This document shows, one piece after another, positions 31,941 through 43,324 of a DNA stretch of 64,000 nucleotides. Made by a program: the position numbers and the translations under genes. The stretch is from sequence record NC_054909.1, one strand, 5' to 3'. The stretch is from Escherichia phage EC121. Every line of letters begins with the position of its first letter. Within the stretch, counting starts at the first letter, position 1. The notes beneath the pieces are model-generated. The model did not search any database and had not been told where the DNA came from. It worked only from the letters and a program-made list of their open reading frames with translations.

Positions 31941-32133
31941 TGCTTATAATTTCAACATCAGCCCAATGACCATAGTTTGGTAGACGAAATTCAACTGGCC
32001 AGTCACTGCCTTTTTCTAATATAATAGACTTAACTTGCGGTTCTTCATGTTCATCAGTATATGGATTTTTATCTGTTACTTTATATGTGACCTTAATGTA
32101 CTGAATTCCAAAAATCTTATTAATTATATTCAT
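31927..32133 (-). CDS. Hypothetical protein (T4 30.3' position)
   Basis: 68-aa ORF named by synteny. Confidence 0.6.
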   Translation of the reverse strand: MNIINKIFGIQYIKVTYKVTDKNPYTDEHEEPQVKSIILEKGSDWPVEFRLPNYGHWADVEIISIENV

Positions 32134-32327
32134 ACTAATTCCTTTAATCCGTAAATAGGAGATAATTCATCACCCATACGAAGGTCTTCATTTCCATCTA
32201 CCCAGGAAACAATATAAGCCTCTTTTATTTGAACACCACTCCATTTAAATGGAGGTAGAACCTTAGAAATTAATCCAGGTATACCAACTCCCTTTAATTC
32301 AACAGTTTGACCTAAAAAGAATTTCAT
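32130..32327 (-). CDS. Hypothetical protein (T4 30.4 position)
   Basis: 65-aa ORF named by synteny. Confidence 0.6.
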   Translation of the reverse strand: MKFFLGQTVELKGVGIPGLISKVLPPFKWSGVQIKEAYIVSWVDGNEDLRMGDELSPIYGLKELV

Positions 32328-32614
32328 CAGAACCTCATCTGAAAGCCGTGTGATTTAACATTACCGCCGCCAATATCAGAAATATTAATTTCACGCGCAA
32401 TTGAAGGGTCAATGTCAATTTCACGATTAAGTTTAGCGATAGCTAAAGTATCACGCCCATTTACTGTACGGAATTCTAAAGGACAAACCACATCAACATA
32501 ATTTTTAATCGATTCACTGGTAGGTTGCAAATGAGCAGGAAGGTCTTTAGGCGCCTTAGAGAAAACAACTTCACAGAAATTTTTGCGGGTATCAAAATAA
32601 GTAGTCATAAACAT
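32327..32614 (-). CDS. Hypothetical protein (T4 30.5 position)
   Basis: Supplied ORF starts at TTG; trimmed to ATG at 32614, which has GAGGA 7 nt upstream. Confidence 0.6.
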   Translation of the reverse strand: MFMTTYFDTRKNFCEVVFSKAPKDLPAHLQPTSESIKNYVDVVCPLEFRTVNGRDTLAIAKLNREIDIDPSIAREINISDIGGGNVKSHGFQMRF

Positions 32615-32654
32615 AGTATTTTCCTCAGTAAGGGGCCGAAGCCCCTGTTTTATT

Positions 32655-33020
32655 TTAAATATCAAATTCGTTAAGAACTACATCAAAGATTGCTTCAAGA
32701 TGCTCAGGTTTAGCTCTGTTACTCAAAATATGACGAATCCAAGTTTTAACCAGAAGCTTACGATTAGCGCCATTCCAGCAAGGATGGGTCCCTAAATCGC
32801 GTTGACGAAAATCATCATCCAGAGCGATTTTGAAGTTTGAACCTTCCATTGTGATTGAAACCGTGATGCCATTTTCAAATCGCATATAAACGTAGTTAGG
32901 AGTCATATACTGTTCAATTTCGCATACTGATCCATTTTGATGTTTCCAAAGGCAAATAGTATCAATAGAACCTGCAATACCATTAGAAACATATTTACGT
33001 TCAAAGTTGATGTAGTTCAT
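32655..33020 (-). CDS. Hypothetical protein (T4 30.6 position)
   Basis: 121-aa ORF named by synteny. Confidence 0.65.
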   Translation of the reverse strand: MNYINFERKYVSNGIAGSIDTICLWKHQNGSVCEIEQYMTPNYVYMRFENGITVSITMEGSNFKIALDDDFRQRDLGTHPCWNGANRKLLVKTWIRHILSNRAKPEHLEAIFDVVLNEFDI

Positions 33021-33088
33021 TTTTATTCTCCGAGATGTTTAATTGCGGTACAGGTATATAATATCATATCCTGTACCAAAGTAAACAA

Positions 33089-33421
33089 TTATTTTACTAC
33101 TTTCCAGTGCTTCATGTCAAGTTTACCAACTTTTTTCATCTTCTCAATCAAACGTTCGGCACGTTGGCGAGCTGTAACATAATACCATTCGCCTAATTCA
33201 TTTTGTTCAATTTTTCCAACGATTACTGTATTCAATTCATAAATCCAACCAGTAAAGAAATTATGAACTTGAATTGTAAAGGTGAAATCTGTTCCCATAC
33301 CTTCTGTTGTTTCTACTTCAATAATATCACCTTCAATTGCCATTAAGAACCACATAGTTTCATCATATTTACCATTGAAGCATTTAGTCTTAACTGCAGC
33401 GTTCAGATTAATCGTTTTCAT
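33089..33421 (-). CDS. Hypothetical protein (T4 30.7 position)
   Basis: 110-aa ORF named by synteny. Confidence 0.65.
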   Translation of the reverse strand: MKTINLNAAVKTKCFNGKYDETMWFLMAIEGDIIEVETTEGMGTDFTFTIQVHNFFTGWIYELNTVIVGKIEQNELGEWYYVTARQRAERLIEKMKKVGKLDMKHWKVVK

Positions 33422-33506
33422 TTTATTCTCCTTTGTTTGTGTAAGATAATACTATCACAAAGGAACCATACTGTAAACAACTTTATGCAATCTTTGGAAA
33501 ATAAAA

Positions 33507-33531
33507 AAGGACTCCCGAAGGAGTCCTTAAC
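33507..33531 (-). terminator. Rho-independent terminator (minus strand)
   Basis: 9-bp stem AAGGACTCC-CGAA-GGAGTCCTT followed on the minus strand by UUUUUUAUUUUCC. Confidence 0.65.
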
Positions 33532-33750
33532 TTATGCTTTCTGCTTACCAAAACGAGAAGCATCATCTCGAAGAACCGCACGTGCTCGGCGCATGATCTT
33601 CTCAACAGTTTGATTGATACGAGAGTTCGACCCACGCTTGTAGCCAGCGCGTTTAGAATCACCAACTTTCTTTTCAACTGCTTTCTTTGCTTTAGCTTGT
33701 TTTGCCATTATAAATTCTCTTTTAAATGAAAATGCAGGACTTATTGGCAT
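33532..33750 (-). CDS. Small basic protein (T4 30.8/30.9 position); start ambiguous between 33750 and 33708
   Basis: K/R-rich ORF; two in-frame ATGs, neither with a strong Shine-Dalgarno. Confidence 0.5.
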   Translation of the reverse strand: MPISPAFSFKREFIMAKQAKAKKAVEKKVGDSKRAGYKRGSNSRINQTVEKIMRRARAVLRDDASRFGKQKA

Positions 33751-33951
33751 TGCCTGCGCAAGCCCTCAAGGGGAACATAGGTTTTGGATATTTAACGACA
33801 GGATAACCATAAACCCGTCATCATTCACATTCAAGAGGTACACCATAAAACTGCCGGGGTCTTAAAACTATAATGATTCGCAAATCATTAATCAGACAGT
33901 TCGATGGCTCCTCGATTTTAGCTCACACTAAGGCAGTGAATCTCCAATAAA

Positions 33952-34200
33952 TTACTTCAGTGTTACCACAAAGTGACGAACTGCTTTTCGTGCAGCAGAA
34001 GCCAGAGGCTTAGCATACTTAAGTTCATCTTTTTCCTGAAGCTCAGCAGCTAATGCAGTTTGAGCAGGATTCAGATGTTTGAAATAACGCAGGATTTCAA
34101 GAGCTTCGGCTTCAACATCAATAGATGCGCCATAGTTTTCGTGACCATTATTCCATGCGTTTCGTTGCAGTTCAAGAGCGTGTTGTAATTGTTTAATCAT
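33952..34200 (-). CDS. rIII: rIII lysis-inhibition accessory protein
   Basis: 82-aa ORF immediately upstream of gene 31, as in T4. Confidence 0.75.
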   Translation of the reverse strand: MIKQLQHALELQRNAWNNGHENYGASIDVEAEALEILRYFKHLNPAQTALAAELQEKDELKYAKPLASAARKAVRHFVVTLK

Positions 34201-34347
34201 TTAAAAATTCTCGTTAGAGATTAAAACTCGGTAGTCACGTTCTTCTGAATTTCATCTTCTTTCGACAGATCTCTCAGTTGTAGACTACCACATAGAATTG
34301 TTCGGTTAACTTATTATTCCGACACCCAATTCATATTATTATTTATA

Positions 34348-34683
34348 TCACTTATAAAGACACGGAATAGCTTTATAGTGACAAGTAACGAATTTTTGTT
34401 TAATTTCTTTTGGCTGCTTAAGACCCAGAGCTACAAAAGGATGCGGAACATTTCGAATTTGACCAACTGGAAGAGAAGTCAAATCACCAACTTCGCAGAA
34501 ACCTTCAGGAACATCAGGACCAACAGAGTGAATTACACACAGTTCAGGAACTTCACCTTGAACACGTTTACCGATAATAAGTCCTGATTCTGTAACTTCT
34601 TCATCACCGGCTTGTGCAGGTTCAGAAACTAAAATAACATATTCACCGACAGCACGAATTGGTAACTGTTGTACTTCAGACAT
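34348..34683 (-). CDS. 31: Co-chaperonin gp31 (GroES analogue for capsid folding)
   Basis: 111-aa ORF matching T4 gp31. Confidence 0.92.
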   Translation of the reverse strand: MSEVQQLPIRAVGEYVILVSEPAQAGDEEVTESGLIIGKRVQGEVPELCVIHSVGPDVPEGFCEVGDLTSLPVGQIRNVPHPFVALGLKQPKEIKQKFVTCHYKAIPCLYK

Positions 34684-34739
34684 CGTTTTTCCTTTTTGTT
34701 AATAGATGAATTAATAATAACAAATAATTCTTAAAGCAT

Positions 34740-35048
34740 TTATTTACCAATAAATTGGAGTAAATGCTCAACTTTCATACCATTAACAGAAATCAATTTG
34801 TCAATAGAAAAACCTCGCCATGCACCAAGTTCAACATCAAATACTGGAATCATGTCAGTAGATTCTTTCCGAGTCGATTCAGTCAATTTACCAGTTTGCA
34901 TGGTTGGCATAAAGTCTGCGTCACGAGTACCTTTCATAGTACGAATAGTACCATCAGACTTTTCAAAAACTACGTTTGAAACACCCATGGACAGTTTAGT
35001 TTTCAAAATTTCACGAATTGCTACTTTTTGTTCAGTCGTCAGTTTCAT
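34740..35048 (-). CDS. Hypothetical protein (T4 31.1 position)
   Basis: 102-aa ORF named by synteny. Confidence 0.7.
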   Translation of the reverse strand: MKLTTEQKVAIREILKTKLSMGVSNVVFEKSDGTIRTMKGTRDADFMPTMQTGKLTESTRKESTDMIPVFDVELGAWRGFSIDKLISVNGMKVEHLLQFIGK

Positions 35049-35285
35049 TTATTTACCTATTACAGTTTTAATATGAGTTCTTCCACGTTCTTTAAGAGTG
35101 GAAAGTAATTTTTGGCATTTTTCTAAATCAGATTTCCAACTATATGGTCTATCTATACTAGTCCAATCAGTTTTATAATACTGTTTCCATTTAGAGAAAA
35201 AATATTTCTTATACTCTACAGCAAACGAGATGTTCTCGTTAGAATAAGAACTAATTGCTGTAAGCTTTACCAAACGAAATTTCAT
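35049..35285 (-). CDS. Hypothetical protein (T4 31.2 position)
   Basis: 78-aa ORF named by synteny. Confidence 0.65.
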   Translation of the reverse strand: MKFRLVKLTAISSYSNENISFAVEYKKYFFSKWKQYYKTDWTSIDRPYSWKSDLEKCQKLLSTLKERGRTHIKTVIGK

Positions 35286-35866
35286 TATTCACCACAGAAT
35301 TCGTTGATATTTTCCCAGTTTAACTTATTCAAGTTTTTCTTAGGAACATTAAACACTTCAATACCTGCATTTCGCAGAATATCATCCCAGCCAGGTTTAT
35401 TTTTATCGTATGTTTCGCAATAAACCAGTTTTTTAATACCAGATTGAGCTATCGCTTTTGCACAATCTGGACAAGGAGAAAGTGTTACATACATAGTAGC
35501 ACCTTCAATAGAAGAACCATTTCGTGCAGCAAACAAAATTGCATTTAGTTCAGCATGAATTTCATTTTTAGACGACCATTCAGAGTGAGCGCTCCGGTGT
35601 TCTTTTGCCAAGACAAAACGATCAGTTGAACCAAATGATACACATTCGGGCTTATGACCTTGGATGATAGTATGTTTAGGCTTATTCAGCAACCAACCTT
35701 GCTCAGCAGCATAATCACAACAGTTCACACCACCAGCAGGTGAACCATTATATCCGGTAGAAATAATACGTCCATTCTTTTCAATTACTGCTCCTACCTT
35801 CCAGGAGCAACATTTTGATTCCTGCGATACTAAATATGCAATTTGAAGTACTGTACTCGCTTTCAT
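35285..35866 (-). CDS. cd: dCMP deaminase
   Basis: 193-aa ORF with zinc-dependent deaminase motifs (HAE...PCxxC); matches T4 Cd. Confidence 0.93.
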   Translation of the reverse strand: MKASTVLQIAYLVSQESKCCSWKVGAVIEKNGRIISTGYNGSPAGGVNCCDYAAEQGWLLNKPKHTIIQGHKPECVSFGSTDRFVLAKEHRSAHSEWSSKNEIHAELNAILFAARNGSSIEGATMYVTLSPCPDCAKAIAQSGIKKLVYCETYDKNKPGWDDILRNAGIEVFNVPKKNLNKLNWENINEFCGE

Positions 35867-36201
35867 TTCATAATCACCAGATAAGCAGATTTAGCAGTTT
35901 CAACACGATAAATTTCGTGACGAAGTTTAGTTATACTTTTAATAACAGAACTAATTATATTCTGCCCATCTTTAAAGCGGTTTTTCTTATCAATAAAAAT
36001 TGCGCCAACCATCTTTTTGTGAAGCTCAACTGGATACTTCGTCACAATAATAGCATCATATACGGAAGGATGAATACTATTTACTAGAGTGTCATTCATT
36101 AAAGTTATTCTAATGAACTGTGCTGTTTCAGAGTCAAGCGCTCTATGATCGCCAGTATCATTTTCAAGACAATTATCAATTATATCAGTTAAATTCATCA
36201 T
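35863..36201 (-). CDS. Hypothetical protein (T4 cd.1 position)
   Basis: 112-aa ORF named by synteny. Confidence 0.65.
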   Translation of the reverse strand: MMNLTDIIDNCLENDTGDHRALDSETAQFIRITLMNDTLVNSIHPSVYDAIIVTKYPVELHKKMVGAIFIDKKNRFKDGQNIISSVIKSITKLRHEIYRVETAKSAYLVIMK

Positions 36202-36533
36202 AGTACGCCATACACCCTTTGTGCTTCAACTAATCCATCAAAATCTAATTTAAGATGCGATATTTGATCGCCATCACCTGGATTCACAATTACTAATACT
36301 GAACGAGGAGTTTCAGTAATAACACGAACCGATGTTTCAGGAAATCGTTCAGAAACCTTATTTACCAATTCCTGTGCAAATAGCTTAACTTTTTCTTGGA
36401 ATTCTTTAACAGTAATCGGTTTTTCACTTAGCAGCATTTTGTTTTCCTCATTTGTTTGGTAGAGCCATAATATCACAACTCTACCATAAAGTAAACTATT
36501 AAATCGCTTTGAATTCCGCAGTTTGAGATTCAA
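36198..36533 (-). CDS. Hypothetical protein (T4 cd.2 position)
   Basis: 111-aa ORF named by synteny. Confidence 0.65.
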   Translation of the reverse strand: MNLKLRNSKRFNSLLYGRVVILWLYQTNEENKMLLSEKPITVKEFQEKVKLFAQELVNKVSERFPETSVRVITETPRSVLVIVNPGDGDQISHLKLDFDGLVEAQRVYGVL

Positions 36534-36774
36534 AGCGAATGTCGCCTTTGATAACTAACTCAGCATCAAGACCGAATACGACAATGATATGCGCGGAACC
36601 TGGATACAGCGTAATGGCAACAGAATCCACCTGGTCTGGAAGCAAAGTGTTCAATACATGAGTCACTTGAGCATGAATTCGAAGCTCGGCTGCGTTATCA
36701 AGCTTTTCAAACATATTATTAGCGATAATTTGACTAAACACTACTTCTACAATTTTAGAATAAGTCGGAAACAT
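36499..36774 (-). CDS. Hypothetical protein (T4 cd.3 position)
   Basis: 91-aa ORF; start codon uncertain. Confidence 0.6.
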   Translation of the reverse strand: MFPTYSKIVEVVFSQIIANNMFEKLDNAAELRIHAQVTHVLNTLLPDQVDSVAITLYPGSAHIIVVFGLDAELVIKGDIRFESQTAEFKAI

Positions 36775-36776
36775 AT

Positions 36777-36977
36777 TTACCTCACATAATTTTCTTCAAG
36801 CCAATCAATAACATCCAACGCATTATCAAAAGTTGAACCATCTACTTTGTCTTCTGTTTCATAATCAAGAACATCTAAACCTACTCTTCCATCAACAATA
36901 GGCCATAAACAAAATAGATATTTCTTTTCTTTTTCAATTTTATCACAAAGACGATAAATCTTTTCTAGGTTATTCAT
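36777..36977 (-). CDS. Hypothetical protein (T4 cd.4 position)
   Basis: 66-aa ORF named by synteny. Confidence 0.6.
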   Translation of the reverse strand: MNNLEKIYRLCDKIEKEKKYLFCLWPIVDGRVGLDVLDYETEDKVDGSTFDNALDVIDWLEENYVR

Positions 36978-37163
36978 AAGTTTTCCATGGTAAAGGCAGT
37001 TTAGTTTTCTTTACTGTTAGTTCAACATCAGGATTCTTTTCTCTTAATTTAAGGCATTCCTCCCAAGCTCTGATTTCACTAGTGAATACACAAAATTGCC
37101 CATTACTAGTACCGACTAAACCACTATTTACAATAATAGCCCAAGTTTCATGATGCCACGCCA

Positions 37164-37164
<1 letters not shown>
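36970..37164 (-). CDS. Hypothetical protein (T4 cd.5 position)
   Basis: 64-aa ORF named by synteny. Confidence 0.6.
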
Positions 37165-38364
<1,200 letters not shown>

Positions 38365-38368
<4 letters not shown>

Positions 38369-38595
38369 TTATTTTTCTCAACCAATGATTGAATATAATC
38401 ATGCAGGTCTTTAGATGCTTTACCCCACTTATTTTGATATTCATTTTTGAGATTAGCGCGTGATTGAGCTAATAAAACATCATTAGTTGGAGGTAAAGAT
38501 TCTAATCGTTGAATCTGTCGTCCATAAATCATTGCAGCCATCTCGGATTCATAAATTAATCCTTTTAGATGTTCAAATTGATACCATGAAATCAT
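38365..38595 (-). CDS. Hypothetical protein between pseT.1 and the spanin pair
   Basis: 76-aa ORF; I cannot place it against T4 from memory. Confidence 0.5.
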
Positions 38596-38891
38596 TTACA
38601 TTTATCCTCTTTTAGCTCTTGACGATAATAACATATCATAGTTTTCTGGTCATGTACATATCGTTTTACATCATTAAGCCAAATACGAAATTCCTGAGAA
38701 TCTTCAAATGGCATACCTACCCAAGCTTTACCATCAATAACTTTAACTTGCCAAGATAGTTTAGCTTCGTCATATGACTTTATTTGCACAGGCCAATTAG
38801 GATGAACTGTTTCTTTCTTTACTTCTAGAGGCTTTGTCGAACAACCAACTAGAAGACCAATAGATAATATTACTGCAGATAATTTAATCAT
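38592..38891 (-). CDS. pseT.2: Outer-membrane spanin (o-spanin) lipoprotein, Rz1 equivalent
   Basis: Signal peptide with lipobox LLVGC; immediately follows the i-spanin gene. Confidence 0.65.
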   Translation of the reverse strand: MIKLSAVILSIGLLVGCSTKPLEVKKETVHPNWPVQIKSYDEAKLSWQVKVIDGKAWVGMPFEDSQEFRIWLNDVKRYVHDQKTMICYYRQELKEDKCK

Positions 38892-39241
38892 TTAGAAAGG
38901 TCCTGGATGTCTTCTGCGAACTTGTTGAAGGAGTTGTTGATTTGTTTTTCAACCAATCCTGGCTTACGAGCCACCACATCCGCCTTCTTTGCATCTTTGC
39001 GCAGTTTTTCATTTTCACGCTCAATAGCAGCAATCGCCTCACGATTTTTATTATTCATCGCATCAATATAATTATACTGAATTCGCAAATTATTTAATGC
39101 TAAGGCGTTTTCATTGGCCGTTTTTGTAATTTCTACAACAGACGTTTCTAATCTTTCTACCTTATTTTTTAAAATAATAGATGTTCCGCCAAATGCTATT
39201 ACAAGTAATAGCAATCCAGCTGTAAAATTACTTACATGCAT
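38888..39241 (-). CDS. pseT.3: Inner-membrane spanin (i-spanin), Rz equivalent
   Basis: N-terminal transmembrane helix followed by a charged coiled-coil-like domain. Confidence 0.65.
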   Translation of the reverse strand: MHVSNFTAGLLLLVIAFGGTSIILKNKVERLETSVVEITKTANENALALNNLRIQYNYIDAMNNKNREAIAAIERENEKLRKDAKKADVVARKPGLVEKQINNSFNKFAEDIQDLSK

Positions 39242-39735
39242 AAAGTTTTAATAACCTCTATAATATCGTCTTGAGAAAGACCGTTAATTAAAATATGATG
39301 TTCAGCCGGAGATTTAGAAATTTTAAAGCACGCCGCAACATCTTCTGCCATATCCGATGCGCTACGATTTGGATTACTAATTCCAAGACGATGCTTTCCT
39401 GTCAAAGGATTAACGATGATATAGCATTTGCAGCTATTGATATGAACATTAGGTTGAGTCTGATTAATAAACACTTCACAATCATACTTAGCGAGTTGAT
39501 TTTCTAAAAAGACTTTCATCTCCTCAACCGCATCAGGAAGCATATCACGGGCTTGCTCAAGACGACGATTTCGATATTCTTTAATGGTCGTTTTCCGCTT
39601 GACTTGCTTAGCTAAATCTTTCTTAAGATCGGTGATATATCCAACTCGACGATTTCCTTTGAATACAGAAATCCCATCTGTAGTATCACCGTATGCTTCA
39701 ACGACCATTTCAGTAGTAATAATCTGCAAATCCAT
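39232..39735 (-). CDS. alc: Alc, inhibitor of host transcription on cytosine-containing DNA
   Basis: 167 aa from the second ATG; T4 size and position. Confidence 0.85.
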   Translation of the reverse strand: MDLQIITTEMVVEAYGDTTDGISVFKGNRRVGYITDLKKDLAKQVKRKTTIKEYRNRRLEQARDMLPDAVEEMKVFLENQLAKYDCEVFINQTQPNVHINSCKCYIIVNPLTGKHRLGISNPNRSASDMAEDVAACFKISKSPAEHHILINGLSQDDIIEVIKTLCM

Positions 39736-39799
39736 CATAAAGTCCTCATGTTATGTCAGTAAGATTACTATAACACAACACGAGGGACTTGTAAACAGC

Positions 39800-41387
<1,588 letters not shown>

Positions 41388-41409
41388 AATAAAATGGGCC
41401 TTGCGGCCC
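41388..41409 (-). terminator. Terminator-like hairpin between nrdB and denA
   Basis: GGGCC-GCAA-GGCCC on the minus strand followed by AUUUUAUU. Confidence 0.5.
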
Positions 41410-41414
41410 ACTCC

Positions 41415-42593
41415 TTAAAAGTATTTTTTAAAACTCATCATAACTTTATCATCAACATCATTATCAATCTGTGCAACAAGATAAGATGACAGTTCTACTT
41501 CTTGCGGCGCGGATTGAACATTATCAGAATTAAGGTATTCACGAATCCAAGGATATGGATGTTTAACCGGAGCATCGGTAATCGGGCATGGAAGACCACA
41601 CTGTTTCATACGAGATACAGTTAAGTAATCAATAAAGCTCCACATGCTATTTGTATTTAATCCAGGAACATCGCCATCTTTAAATAAATGAACTGCCCAA
41701 TCTTTTTCTTGACGGTTAACTTCCATGAAAATATCAACTGCTTCTTGTTCACACTCTTTGGCAATTTTAACCCATTCATCGCCATCAGTACCAGATTGAA
41801 GTTGACGAATAATATATTGTGTACCTTTAAGATGAAGCTGCTCATCACGTGCAATAAATTTCATAATCTTCGCATTACCTTCCATGATTTCCATGTTCTT
41901 ATGGAAGTTGAAAGTACATGCAAAGGATACATAAAAACGAATAGCTTCCAGAGCATTGATAACGTGCAGACAGAGATAAAGCGACTTCATCAGGTCTCGT
42001 TTACATTCTTCCAAATGAGTGAGACTGTTTGAATATGCTTCTAAATCATATTCATTTTCAGCAAAATAACTAAAGTTTTCTTTGGCGTTTTCCCAAATAC
42101 GTGTCTTGTCCAGAACATCATCATAATAACGACCCATAGATTCAGCACGTTTCATGATAGCTTTATCTAATACAATCTCATCAAATACCCTTGACGGATC
42201 AGTATAAAGATTTCGCATAATATGAGTGTATGAACGACTGTGAATAGTTTCACTAAAAGTCCATGTAGCAACCCATGTATCAAGGCTTGGGTCTGAAATC
42301 AATGACATAAGTACAGCAGACGGTGCACGACCCTGAATGCTATCCAGAAGTGATTGATACTTCAGATTATTAGTAAAAATATTCTGCTGATATTGAGGAA
42401 GCTTATTAAACTGTGCAGCATCCATCATTAAGTTTACTTCTTCAGGACGCCAGAAAAATGATAATTGCTTTTCGGTCAAATCTTCAAAAACTTTATGGCG
42501 TTGAATATCATAACGCGCAATACCAAGACCTGAACCAAAAAACATAGGTTCTTTTAAAACATCAACTGGATTTGTATTAAAAACTGTAGACAT
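41415..42593 (-). CDS. nrdB: Ribonucleotide reductase small subunit NrdB, uninterrupted
   Basis: Continuous 392-codon frame from ATG at 42593 (MSTVFNTNPV...); no intron or I-TevIII ORF. Confidence 0.9.
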   Translation of the reverse strand: MSTVFNTNPVDVLKEPMFFGSGLGIARYDIQRHKVFEDLTEKQLSFFWRPEEVNLMMDAAQFNKLPQYQQNIFTNNLKYQSLLDSIQGRAPSAVLMSLISDPSLDTWVATWTFSETIHSRSYTHIMRNLYTDPSRVFDEIVLDKAIMKRAESMGRYYDDVLDKTRIWENAKENFSYFAENEYDLEAYSNSLTHLEECKRDLMKSLYLCLHVINALEAIRFYVSFACTFNFHKNMEIMEGNAKIMKFIARDEQLHLKGTQYIIRQLQSGTDGDEWVKIAKECEQEAVDIFMEVNRQEKDWAVHLFKDGDVPGLNTNSMWSFIDYLTVSRMKQCGLPCPITDAPVKHPYPWIREYLNSDNVQSAPQEVELSSYLVAQIDNDVDDKVMMSFKKYF

Positions 42594-43324
42594 TAATTTT
42601 TCCTCTTTAAAATTCTGCCGCGTTTCCAACCTGGCGGTATAATATCATCTTTACCTATAAGCGTGCATTCACTTCCATTATTAATCCATTTCTTACCGCG
42701 GATTCCTTTATAATCTCTTGGTTGTATTTTGTCAAACTTTGCATCAGGTTGATATGCCCATCTAAATCCATAGGCATATTGAAATTTACCCTCAGCACAA
42801 TATTTGATATTTGACCCGTTTCCATTAACTGACCTGGACGCTGCCGCAATAGAGTGAAAGGTTTCTATGAAATCCCCATCTAATGAGAATTTATGTATTT
42901 CGATAGATGGGCATGCATACCTATTCACGTTTGATACATGTCGTTTAGTTTCGTTTTTATGATGCTTGCCTAACATTCCTCTAGGATGAGGATTATTTTT
43001 CCAGTATTTCTTAAAGAAATCAGAATTAGCTTTAGCAAATAATTTTCTGTGCAAGCTATACAATCTGTTATTAATTCTATTACCAGCTTTATCTGTTGCC
43101 ATTAACGTTAACGCAGAGGCAAGCCCAAAATGGCCTTCATTTATCTTACATAGTAATAGATGCGCTATAAAATGTTCTCTAGCTGTTAATTCAACTAAAT
43201 TTTCTTTATCATCAGAACCTCCCATGCATTTAGGGACTATATGATGTGTCTCTTTATATTCGGATAAAGGTTCCCGAGCCTGAGCTCGGGAAATTAGGTC
43301 GTTATAGATTTTTTGATAATTCAT
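42593..43324 (-). CDS. mobE: HNH homing endonuclease MobE
   Basis: 243-aa ORF with HNH core (ETHHIVPKCMGG...NLVELTAREHFIAH); between nrdA and nrdB as in T4; start and stop overlap its neighbours (TAATG at both ends). Confidence 0.8.
   Translation of the reverse strand: MNYQKIYNDLISRAQAREPLSEYKETHHIVPKCMGGSDDKENLVELTAREHFIAHLLLCKINEGHFGLASALTLMATDKAGNRINNRLYSLHRKLFAKANSDFFKKYWKNNPHPRGMLGKHHKNETKRHVSNVNRYACPSIEIHKFSLDGDFIETFHSIAAASRSVNGNGSNIKYCAEGKFQYAYGFRWAYQPDAKFDKIQPRDYKGIRGKKWINNGSECTLIGKDDIIPPGWKRGRILKRKN

Noticed and set aside
33483-33677. 64-codon minus-strand ORF overlapping the small basic ORF in another frame
   Set aside because: Alternative frame of the same region, spanning the terminator hairpin, with no start context.
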